Shown here: in pieces, positions 21,122-32,667 of the stretch
How positions within the stretch are numbered: position 1 is the first letter of the stretch
How the letters are laid out: each line of letters opens with the position of its first letter
From: Auanema rhodensis
Taxonomy: Eukaryota > Animalia > Nematoda
Direction: 5' to 3'
Assembly (NCBI GenBank): GCA_964057225.1
Contig: OZ059895.1
Span: forward strand, 10,106,001 to 10,170,000
DNA: 64,000 nucleotides
Translations under genes and position numbers: made by a program
The notes under the pieces: model-generated
Seen by the model: the letters and a program-made list of their open reading frames with translations, nothing else
Told to the model about the DNA's origin: nothing
Databases searched by the model: none

Positions 21122-21495
21122 TTAAGAACTATGTCCTAAACTCAGTTCATTTTCAAGTTTTATTGAAGAAAAAACTACTTTCTGTTCTTGTGTAAAGAAC
21201 TTGTCTTTAAAACGGGGGTCCAGATAAGTTGCCACTGAGGAGTGAGGTGAGTTCAAAAAGTATGAATCTATTATTCGTTTTAATGAAGCGAGCAGGTTTT
21301 TTTTTGCATTTTTCATAGTTGTGGTTGAGAGCTCTAGGTTCCGGATTTTTTCGATCAAAAATTTGGTCATAGGCAAAACCTATATTGATAAAAACACATA
21401 AAGTAGCATAATAAAATGGTTACTAGTCCAGATATACTTGCATCCCGCGCTTGAAACTTGATTGTAATTTCGTTAAATGGATCAAGCAATTTAAT
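21122..21495 (-). pseudogene. hAT transposase internal fragment with a 44-nt intron (21380-21423)
   Basis: IKLLDPFNEITIKFQARDASISGL|VLPMTKFL...VATYLDPRFK are hAT motifs, joined in frame by a GT..AG intron. Confidence 0.8.
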
Positions 21496-21720
21496 CCTAA
21501 CATCTTGCCTTTACTGTTTCTATCTATGTCCAATCAAAATAAACATTGTTTAACCACTATACAACTGTGAAACCTTTCTTATTTTATTGAATTTGGATCT
21601 CATAAGATTTGATATCATTGATGGATACCGATGAAACGTTGAAAATTACATAACTAACATGGAATTGGAAAAAACTTTAATGAGGTCAAGTATGTAAACT
21701 ATTAAAAATCATTTATTTCC

Positions 21721-21839
21721 GCTTACGACCATATCGCGTTGAAAGTACGCCATCACGTTCAATCTGGCAAGTCAAGCAACGTTGGGCCCGGTTAGTACTT
21801 GGATCGGACACGGCTTGGGATTCCCGGGTGCCGTAAGCT
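21721..21839 (+). pseudogene. Divergent 5S rRNA copy (7 substitutions)
   Basis: Full length, but with CCCGTCCGA>CACGTTCAA, GGAGAC>GGACAC and others. The upstream flank is also diverged. Confidence 0.8.
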
Positions 21840-23397
21840 TTTCAAATTTTTTTAACGATCATGACACGTTGAAAGTACGCCATGCAGCTGATTTTCAATT
21901 TTAACTCTTCCGTAACAAATGTTTTCAAGTTTCAAGAAGTTTAACTCAGATAGCTCAACCCAAGGTAGCAAATTATCTTCAATCTTATTTCTATATTGCA
22001 GTTAAAAAGCAGTAGTTAATGAACCTTCATCTTACCTTCACTTTTTCTATCTATGTCCTATCAAAATAAACATTGTTTAATCACTATATATTTGTGAAAT
22101 CTTTTTTATTTTATTGAATTTGGAACTCATAAGATTTGATATCATTGATGAATCCAGATGAAACGTTGAAAATTACATAACTAACATGGAATTTGTAACA
22201 TACATGTCTCAAAGGAAAGCAGCTGACCATGGCAGCTGCTATTATAAAACTAATGCAGATAGTTTTAAGACATTTTGAGAATATTCTAGATGTTTTTTTT
22301 ATAAGCTTTCTAACATTTTGTGTGAACTGAGTGGGAGTTGCATGGATATATAAACCTGAGTCTTCAACACTCAGGCATCTCATTTTCTCTTTATCTCATC
22401 ATCATCTCTTCATCTTCTCTTTCTTTTCTAGCTTAAATCTTTGTATAATTATATCATAATGCAAACAATAAACCTTTATATATTTTATCTCTTGTTTCTT
22501 ATTGCACCATACATTACACACTTATAGTTTAAATCATACTCAACCTCTCATAGTCTGTTGGGACTTCTCAACTTAAAACCATTAAGAATCTAAATAGAAC
22601 GTGGAGGTTTCACCGAGATCCTTCCATTTGGACAGGATCTCGTAAAGAAACTCAAGCGCTACCTTCTACAACTCTTATTCAATTAAAAATCTTATCTCTC
22701 TAAAACAGTTAGCTTATAATATTTTTATTAAAAAATTCTAAAACTTTTCTATTAAAATCTATATCCAAAAACTCAGTTTTCTATTCATTATGTTATTCTC
22801 ATAAATCATTTTCATTTATTCATAAAAGTACCTATTTATCATTCTCTCTACCCAAAATCCTATATACGAAAAATTATTCAAATTCAATAAATAACTTTTC
22901 AAAGAATTATCAGTTTATTTTCACATTTTTTTGAACAAATATAGTTAATTTCTTTATAAAATTATATTCGAATTAAGAAATAAAAAGGAATATTGATTCT
23001 ATACCTCTCAATTTTGATCATCTTATCATACTATCTTTTCATTTTCTTTATGTTCGTTCATAAAACTATTATTCTACTACACTGTATTCTCATAAACCCA
23101 CCCCTTCGCCCCCCATAATTTAATAAGCAAGAAATCCCGTGTTAAACACGACAGCAAAAATTTTTATTAGGCGCAGCGTATCCGAATTCCGATTACCTTA
23201 GCACCTGAAAAAGGCGAAAAATAATTAAATTAATCAATAAGTTTTAAACACCCGCAGTAAGCTCATCCCCACCCCTACTAAACTCACCTTCATCCATTGA
23301 TCATTCTACATCTGGGCATTCTCTATCTCCGTCTCTTCCATCGCAAACTAATCAAGCAAATACTTTTGTTGCAGAAAACCAGAGAACTAACCCAAGA

Positions 23398-24258
23398 ATG
23401 GACCCAATGGACAAAGGCGCTCCACTTACGCAAACCTCGGGAAGGGCACCTGTTCTAACACCTACAATCATTCCTCAACCAGCAGCGATTCGGTCCGCTA
23501 TACGCGATATAAAAGCTTCACGCTACGATGGAAAAACACCATTCAACCGCTATTTGCTATACCTAGACGAATACTTCAACGGTACAAGAACAATTATGCC
23601 CAAACACCTTCAAAGCATACAATTATTCCTAGAGCATAACATGCTTCGGTCCACTTTCACCTGGGGGCTAATACCCAAAATAAGCAAACACGTTAGCCGT
23701 CTAGACCCACCAGACTTTGAGGAAGCTTACGAAATGGCCTTACGAGAAGAACTCTTTATACAAAATAAACCACCATCGTTTGTCAACAATAAGGAAAAGT
23801 CGTTCAATAACCTCAACATTCGAGACTCAAAGGACAACAACCAGTACCAGAGAAACAAATCCAAAGATTTCAAAGGAACCAAACCGATATATAATGGCAA
23901 ACCACAAAACCGATATCCGGACAGATACAACAACCAATATCGGCCTCATCAACACCACTACAAGAATCATAATTCACGATTCCCTCAAAATAAGGGATCA
24001 AGACAAAATTACTTCGACAGATCACGGAACAGAAGCCAGGAAAGACCATACTATCGAAACCGCGACCAGAACTATAGCGGACACAACAACCGGCGACAAT
24101 CGAATAATCACGAACAATACCCATCTCAATACAATCGAAGCCAATACAACAATTATAAAAGTCGCCCGCGCAGCCCCTCCAATGAACCAGAACGGTATAA
24201 AGAACGCACACAGAGCCCAAGAGTACGTTTTCAAGTCAATAACGTCACAGAAAACTAA
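23398..24258 (+). CDS. Gag-like protein (probably internally deleted)
   Basis: RYDGKTPF and F..GL...I...V....P.DFEEAYEMALREE are gypsy-Gag-like motifs, followed by an R/N/Y/Q-rich basic tail. Confidence 0.65.
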   Translation: MDPMDKGAPLTQTSGRAPVLTPTIIPQPAAIRSAIRDIKASRYDGKTPFNRYLLYLDEYFNGTRTIMPKHLQSIQLFLEHNMLRSTFTWGLIPKISKHVSRLDPPDFEEAYEMALREELFIQNKPPSFVNNKEKSFNNLNIRDSKDNNQYQRNKSKDFKGTKPIYNGKPQNRYPDRYNNQYRPHQHHYKNHNSRFPQNKGSRQNYFDRSRNRSQERPYYRNRDQNYSGHNNRRQSNNHEQYPSQYNRSQYNNYKSRPRSPSNEPERYKERTQSPRVRFQVNNVTEN

Positions 24259-25856
24259 GTACCGAACAACAACAAAAGCACCATTCTTTTACCTTTACCC
24301 CTCTTTATCACCATTATCGCATTCATCATAAACACATGCAGTGCAGAAACAACGTACCAGTTATGTGCAGAAAACAGAGGAGGAATATATGTCAAGCCAC
24401 CATCTCCAACAGCTTGTCGATCCATCGCACCAACTAATAACCATATCCAGAAGACTACAGCAGAAAAGTTCATCCAGAACCTACAACCAAAAGAATGGGA
24501 AGCATGGAAATGTGCAATCGAAACTTACCAACTCTGCATTCACGACGTTTTCTTCATCAGAGAAACTAATGTCTCACTAGCTAAAATTTCACCAACAACA
24601 CTGCAAGAATGTTTGTCAGCTTTTAAAGAAAGAATATTCAACGGTACCAACCTCCAAAGAGAAGCACCATTACTAATTGTATATGGAAACAAGAATGCGA
24701 ACAACGTACCAGATTCATAGCTGAACGAGGACACATGACCAGTCTACAATACAGTACTCTCAGATATATTCATAAACGACAACGGATGCACCCGTGACAA
24801 AGAACAATGCCTAACCAACAACGCTCTTATCATATGGACACCACCATCACAAAAACATAGTTGCTCTTACACTTCATTAGGCTCTCACGAAGTTTTTATA
24901 TTAAAAGACACCATATTGATTCCCGGAATTCAAAGTGCTTTTATCCTAAACAATAAAACATCGGAAAAAGAAGCCACCTCATGCTTACAAAAAGATATAT
25001 TTACTACAAGTAGTGGAACTCTAATCTCCTTCAACTCAACCTCAATCTTAGGACGATCAAGAAGACATGCAATCACGGAATACCCTAAAGGATTCTCGAC
25101 AGTTCATCAATACCCCTCGCTAAGATATTCAGCTAGCAAAACTGGAACTATTCTACTATATACAACCTATATTCAACGGAAAAGACTTGACATCCATTAC
25201 ATCCTCAATAACATAACAAATATGTTACCTAAGTATATCGCAATCTTCAACTACCTAGGTATAAATTTTGATGTTATCTAAAATCGTCTTATATGGCACA
25301 AATATGAAGACGTCAATATAGCCATTCTACACGCCCTAAGAGAAGCAGAAATAAGAGAAGCAACAAAAATTGCGATCGATAATCTATCGTATAAGGAACT
25401 TACGCATAAACTTAGCAAACGGACCACAATTAAGGATTTTAAGAAGACATTACCAACCAAAACAGGAGTACTATGAAATCGCAAAAGAAATTGCTTACTC
25501 ACTTGCGGAAATACCTACTACGTTAGCTACAGAAGAAACAACATCATCTTTAGAAGAATACTTATATCAACTCATGCCACCAAGAAAACCAAGACTCAGC
25601 AAGACACGAAACGATTTAGAATTGTACGAACAACTAGCACAAGCAAAAATATTCCTGAACGCAATAAACAATCCAAAGAAGCTACATTAAAAAAAAGAAT
25701 ACAAAGCAGAAATGAAGAAATGGATCAAATATGAAAAAGAACTAAACTTACAACCATTACAACTGCCAAACTACACAGTTATCTTCAATGGCGACGATAT
25801 ACATATTCTATGGTTTCCGGAAAAGAAATCCTACAAATTATAACATTACACAAGAG
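24259..25856 (+). pseudogene. Env-like glycoprotein remnant with in-frame stops
   Basis: Same frame as gag: ILLPLPLFITIIAFIINTCSA/ETTYQLCAENRGG..P..C..AWKC..C..CTRDKEQC...IIW...CSY, with a furin-like RSRR. Stops occur near 24718, 24736 and 25279. Confidence 0.65.
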
Positions 25857-25860
25857 AATA

Positions 25861-26164
25861 GTGAAAAATTTTTAACTAGAAAATATCTTTCTTGCCCTGC
25901 AACAAGTTCGGAAGTTGAGAGAGTTTTTAGCGGTAGCGGCTTAATTTTAAATGACTTGAAATCGTCTATGTCCGACTCAACGCTTTCAATGTTAACATTT
26001 TTGAAATGTAACATTCCTTTGTTTGATTACAAATAAAATGTTCTGAGAAATCGCCTTGACAACGTATGTCTCTAAAAGAGGTCCGGGTCCGGTCCGGGAT
26101 CCGCTCGGGTATTGCCTCAAAAAATGCGGCCCGGTCCGAAAAATTCTCGGTCCGAGCAGCCCTG
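25861..26164 (+). mobile_element. hAT 3' end, copy 2
   Basis: Duplicate of 20575-20878. Confidence 0.85.
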
Positions 26165-26407
26165 ATGCGTATCAATTGTATTTTTCCAGAAGTAATAAGG
26201 ATGTGAACTATTGATACCAAGTGTGTCATATCTATCAATTTCCTTCAAAAATTGTAGTATTATTAAAAAAAGAGGAATCATTAATTTCTAACCGATTCTT
26301 CTATGTTTTGCGATATTGTGCTACTGGTCCATTCTTCAGAAATATTGTAGCTTGATTTTGTTGTATTTATGTTAACTGGTATTGGCCCTAGTTCATTTTG
26401 AATTTGT

Positions 26408-26781
26408 TTAAGAACTATGTCCTAAACTCAGTTCATTTTCAAGTTTTATTGAAGAAAAAACTACTTTCTGTTCTTGTGTAAAGAACTTGTCTTTAAAACG
26501 GGGGTCCAGATAAGTTGCCACTGAGGAGTGAGGTGAGTTCAAAAAGTATGAATCTATTATTCGTTTTAATGAAGCGAGCAGGTTTTTTTTTGCATTTTTC
26601 ATAGTTGTGGTTGAGAGCTCTAGGTTCCGGATTTTTTCGATCAAAAATTTGGTCATAGGCAAAACCTATATTGATAAAAACACATAAAGTAGCATAATAA
26701 AATGGTTACTAGTCCAGATATACTTGCATCCCGCGCTTGAAACTTGATTGTAATTTCGTTAAATGGATCAAGCAATTTAAT
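26408..26781 (-). pseudogene. hAT transposase internal fragment, copy 2
   Basis: Duplicate of 21122-21495. Confidence 0.8.
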
Positions 26782-27006
26782 CCTAACATCTTGCCTTTAC
26801 TGTTTCTATCTATGTCCAATCAAAATAAACATTGTTTAACCACTATACAACTGTGAAACCTTTCTTATTTTATTGAATTTGGATCTCATAAGATTTGATA
26901 TCATTGATGGATACCGATGAAACGTTGAAAATTACATAACTAACATGGAATTGGAAAAAACTTTAATGAGGTCAAGTATGTAAACTATTAAAAATCATTT
27001 ATTTCC

Positions 27007-27125
27007 GCTTACGACCATATCGCGTTAAAAGTACGCCATCACGTTCAATCTGGCAAGTCAAGCAACGTTGGGCCCGGTTAGTACTTGGATCGGACACGGC
27101 TTGGGATTCCCGGGTGCCGTAAGCT
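27007..27125 (+). pseudogene. Divergent 5S rRNA copy (8 substitutions)
   Basis: As 21721-21839 plus GTTGAAA>GTTAAAA. Confidence 0.8.
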
Positions 27126-27479
27126 TTTCAAATTTTTTTAACGATCATGACACGTTGAAAGTACGCCATGCAGCTGATTTTCAATTTTAACTCTTCCGTA
27201 ACAAATGTTTTCAAGTTTCAAGCAGTTTAACTCAGATAGCTCAACCCAAGGTAGCAAATTATCTTCAATCTTATTTCTATATTGCAGTTAAAAAGCAGTA
27301 GTTAATGAACCTTCATCTTACCTTCACTTTTTCTATCTATGTCCTATCAAAATAAACATTGTTTAATCACTATATATTTGTGAAATCTTTTTTATTTTAT
27401 TGAATTTGGAACTCATAAGATTTGATATCATTGATGAATCCAGATGAAACGTTGAAAATTACATAACTAACATGGAATT

Positions 27480-30400
27480 TGTAACATACATGTCTCAAAG
27501 GAAAGCAGCTGACCATGGCAGCTGCTATTATAAAACTAATGCAGATAGTTTTAAGACATTTTGAGAATATTCTAGATGTTTTTTTTATAAGCTTTCTAAC
27601 ATTTTGTGTGAACTGAGTGGGAGTTGCATGGATATATAAACCTGAGTCTTCAACACTCAGGCATCTCATTTTCTCTTTATCTCATCATCATCTCTTCATC
27701 TTCTCTTTCTTTTCTAGCTTAAATCTTTGTATAATTATATCATAATGCAAACAATAAACCTTTATATATTTTATCTCTTGTTTCTTATTGCACCATACAT
27801 TACACACTTATAGTTTAAATCATACTCAACCTCTCATAGTCTGTTGGGACTTCTCAACTTAAAACCATTAAGAATCTAAATAGAACGTGGAGGTTTCACC
27901 GAGATCCTTCCATTTGGACAGGATCTCGTAAAGAAACTCAAGCGCTACCTTCTACAACTCTTATTCAATTAAAAATCTTATCTCTCTAAAACAGTTAGCT
28001 TATAATATTTTTATTAAAAAATTCTAAAACTTTTCTATTAAAATCTATATCCAAAAACTCAGTTTTCTATTCATTATGTTATTCTCATAAATCATTTTCA
28101 TTTATTCATAAAAGTACCTATTTATCATTCTCTCTACCCAAAATCCTATATACGAAAAATTATTCAAATTCAATAAATAACTTTTCAAAGAATTATCAGT
28201 TTATTTTCACATTTTTTTGAACAAATATAGTTAATTTCTTTATAAAATTATATTCGAATTAAGAAATAAAAAGGAATATTGATTCTATACCTCTCAATTT
28301 TGATCATCTTATCATACTATCTTTTCATTTTCTTTATGTTCGTTCATAAAACTATTATTCTACTACACTGTATTCTCATAAACCCACCCCTTCGCCCCCC
28401 ATAATTTAATAAGCAAGAAATCCCGTGTTAAACACGACAGCAAAAATTTTTATTAGGCGCAGCGTATCCGAATTCCGATTACCTTAGCACCTGAAAAAGG
28501 CGAAAAATAATTAAATTAATCAATAAGTTTTAAACACCCGCAGTAAGCTCATCCCCACCCCTACTAAACTCACCTTCATCCATTGATCATTCTACATCTG
28601 GGCATTCTCTATCTCCGTCTCTTCCATCGCAAACTAATCAAGCAAATACTTTTGTTGCAGAAAACCAGAGAACTAACCCAAGAATGGACCCAATGGACAA
28701 AGGCGCTCCACTTACGCAAACCTCGGGAAGGGCACCTGTTCTAACACCTACAATCATTCCTCAACCAGCAGCGATTCGGTCCGCCATACGCGATATAAAA
28801 GCTTCACGCTACGATGGAAAAACACCATTCAACCGCTATTTACTATACCTAGACGAACACTTCAACGGTACAAGAACAATTATGCCCAAACACCTTCAAA
28901 GCATACAATTATTCCTAGAGCATAACATGCTTCGGTCCACTTTCACCTGGGGGCTAAGATCCAAAATAAGCAAACACGTTAGCCGTCTAGACCCACCAGA
29001 CTTTGAGGAAGCTTACGAAATGGCCTTACGAGAAGAACTCTTTATACAAAATAAACCACCATCGTTTGTCAACAATAAGGAAAAGTCGTTCAATAACCTC
29101 AACATTCGAGACTCAAAGGACAACAACCAGTACCAGAGAAACAAATCCAAAGATTTCAAAGGAACCAAACCGATATATAATGGCAAACGACACAACCAAT
29201 ATCCGGACAGATACAACAACCAATATCGGCCTCATCAACACCACTACAAGAATCATAATTCACGATTCCCTCAAAATAAGGGATCAAGACAAAATTACTT
29301 CGACAGATCACGGAACAGAAGCCAGGAAAGACCATACTATCGAAACCGCGACCAGAACTATAGCGGACACAACAACCGGCGACAATCGAATAATCACGAA
29401 CAATACCCATCTCAATACAATCGAAGCCAATACAACAATTATAAAAGTCGCCCGCGCAGCCCCTCCAATGAACCAGAACGGTATAAAGAACGCACACAGA
29501 GCCCAAGAGTACGTTTTCAAGTCAATAACGTCACAGAAAACTAAGTACCGAACAACAACAAAAGCACCATTCTTTTACCTTTACCCCTCTTTATCACCAT
29601 TATCGCATTCATCATAAACACATGCAGTGCAGAAACAACGTACCAGTTATGTGCAGAAAACAGAGGAGGAATATATGTCAAGCCACCATCTCCAACAGCT
29701 TGTCGATCCATCGCACCAACTAATAACCATATCCAGAAGACTACAGCAGAAAAGTTCATCCAGAACCTACAACCAAAAGAATGGGAAGCATGGAAATGTG
29801 CAATCGAAACTTACCAACTCTGCATTCACGACGTTTTCTTCATCAGAGAAACTAATGTCTCACTAGCTAAAATTTCACCAACAACACTGCAAGAATGTTT
29901 GTCAGCTTTTAAAGAAAGAATATTCAACGGTACCAACCTCCAAAGAGAAGCACCATTACTAATTGTATATGGAAACAAGAATGCGAACAACGTACCAGAT
30001 TCATAGCTGAACGAGGACACATGACCAGTCTACAATACAGTACTCTCAGATATATTCATAAACGACAACGGATGCACCCGTGACAAAGAACAATGCCTAA
30101 CCAACAACGCTCTTATCATATGGACACCACCATCACAAAAACATAGTTGCTCTTACACTTCATTAGGCTCTCACGAAGTTTTTATATTAAAAGACACCAT
30201 ATTGATTCCCGGAATTCAAAGTGCTTTTATCCTAAACAATAAAACATCGGAAAAAGAAGCCACCTCATGCTTACAAAAAGATATATTTACTACAAGTAGT
30301 GGAACTCTAATCTCCTTCAACTCAACCTCAATCTTAGGACGATCAAGAAGACATGCAATCACGGAATACCCTAAAGGATTCTCGACAGTTCATCAATACC

Positions 30401-30936
30401 CCTCGCTAAGATATTCAGCTAGCAAAACTGGAACTATTCTACTATATACAACCTATATTCAACGGAAAAGACTTGACATCCATTACATCCTCAATAACAT
30501 AACAAATATGTTACCTAAGTATATCGCAATCTTCAACTACCTAGGTATAAATTTTGATGTTATCTAAAATCGTCTTATATGGCACAAATATGAAGACGTC
30601 AATATAGCCATTCTACACGCCCTAAGAGAAGCAGAAATAAGAGAAGCAACAAAAATTGCGATCGATAATCTATCGTATAAGGAACTTACGCATAAACTTA
30701 GCAAACGGACCACAATTAAGGATTTTAAGAAGACATTACCAACCAAAACAGGAGTACTATGAAATCGCAAAAGAAATTGCTTACTCACTTGCGGAAATAC
30801 CTACTACGTTAGCTACAGAAGAAACAACATCATCTTTAGAAGAATACTTATATCAACTCATGCCACCAAGAAAACCAAGACTCAGCAAGACACGAAACGA
30901 TTTAGAATTGTACGAACAACTAGCACAAGCAAAAAT
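27480..30936 (+). mobile_element. Degenerate gypsy-like element, copy 3 (gag 28684-29544, env remnant truncated)
   Basis: Duplicate of copy 2 at +5286. Similarity stops at 30936. Confidence 0.75.
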
Positions 30937-32667
30937 GTTTATTTTTAAATATAAGAACCGATATAACTGATGCTCTCTCTAATTCAGACAGTTTCACGAC
31001 TACGGATATCCTAAACCAATTATATAATTTTTGAAACATTTTTAACTTACTTATGAACACACAGCTCAAATTTCTTTTTCCGCTGGAGCACTTATACTTT
31101 CACAAAATAGTTTATAATCTTTGATATTAGCCACACAACAACTGAAAAATCAATAGTATTATATATCGTAATTCAGTTTGACATATATATAACCTATGAT
31201 TTTTTTTCACAATATTTAAGTTTTGAAAAAAAGTACACTGAGTATGTTTTTTTTATCAATTTTTTTAGGTGAAGCGTGTTTGAATTATTATAGTTATTGA
31301 AGAGTGTTTCATTCCAAATAGAACTTTCTCAATTATAAACCTGGAATCAGCCACTTAGGAATACAATCGAAAACATCATGAGGCATCAAATCTTCTAGCC
31401 CAAATATCTAAAGATGGTGTCGCTTTTCAGCGGATAAGAATGTAGATCATATTTCAAAAGTAACAGAATGATTGGATTGATATCTAGAAGTCTGTCCGGA
31501 TATACAGCGCAAACAATCATTTATTTCGTCTGTTAAACATATTATAAAAAATAATACGATAAAAACCTACTTTTGTGTAAATTCAAAAAATCATCCATTA
31601 GTTTTTTAGCAGGTTTCCGAGCGTTAACAATCATCTTTATATGCGCGTTTTTATTTTTGATAATGTTAGAGCTAACGTATTGGGCCGGCCAACCCGTTTT
31701 TAATTTTGTTATCATGCTGTTGTGCTCAAAAAGATCATTGAAATTATCAGTTAGCCTAAACAAATTAAAAAAAAATTTATCTTTTTATTGAATAGGACCA
31801 TTTTTTTGATTAACATTTTTCCATAGTAGATATTAATCAAATCATTTTTTCGGAATATTCACTTCTTTGAAGAGTTTGTACAACTCCTTTTTTTAGGACA
31901 GTAGCTCAAAGTAACTATTATGAATATAAAAAGTACTTAGAATCTAATAGAAATATACGTTAATTTTTTCACCCCAAATAATTTTTTTCAAGTCGGCAAC
32001 ATTATGATCTCCAGCACACGCTTCTTTCAAATTGTTAATGCGATAAACATCGCAACGTAAAAGAAGGGCATTTTTGAAAAACGTCCCCTGAAACCAATAT
32101 CTCAAAAACGAATATGGTTGAATTTAGTCAAGGTTTATTGTTCTTTATCACAGGTTATAACAATAGCAGTTTTGAAAGAAGAAAGTGAATAAAAGAAGTT
32201 CCTTACAATATGAACATAATTATATAAATTGATTGACATGAAAACATTAATTGTATAGAGATAAGAATAATTATTGAATCAATTATGTCAGTTGAAAATA
32301 TATATTCTAAATAAGTAAATCTATGTGTCATAGTTGTCAACCCATTCTTAATAAACAAGGGATTTGTTCAGTTCAAAAAATATGACCTGACCTCATTTTT
32401 ACTTTTACCAGGTGCGGTGGAACTTAGAGAAAAAGTCGAGCCCGTTCTGGTAATCAGAGGTAACTATCACCAGATTCGTATGGCTAATGCCTATAGAGTT
32501 CATGGTGAAGTAACATTGTAGCAAAGGGAACAAGGATGTGGTTGAAAACAAAAAATGATACATGAAGAACATAGTTTGCATAGATATTTGTAGAAGACAT
32601 ATTGAAATAATAATTAGAGAACAAAATACCATAAGCAGACAAAAAACATTAATAATGAAAGTGCAAG

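Larger units (their letters stand above)
22194..25856 (+). mobile_element. Degenerate Ty3/gypsy-like element, copy 2: LTR-PBS-gag-env, no pol, no 3' LTR
   Basis: As copy 1 but without the deletion. Gag is followed directly by a signal peptide and a Cys-rich glycoprotein frame. Confidence 0.75.
18335..30936 (+). repeat. Tandem composite macro-repeat, 5286-bp unit (copy 1 has a 1427-bp deletion, copy 3 is truncated)
   Basis: Units start at 18335, 22194 and 27480. ORF sets repeat at offsets 3859 and 5286. Confidence 0.95.

Noticed and set aside
23717-24331. 204-aa Thr/Ile-rich ORF overlapping gag (also at 29003)
   Set aside because: Alternate frame of A/C-rich gag DNA with a non-ATG start. The gag and env motifs are in the other frame.
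30937-32117. Unique AT-rich segment, possibly a gene or DNA-transposon remnant
   Set aside because: No convincing ORF, splice model or paired terminal repeats could be established by eye.
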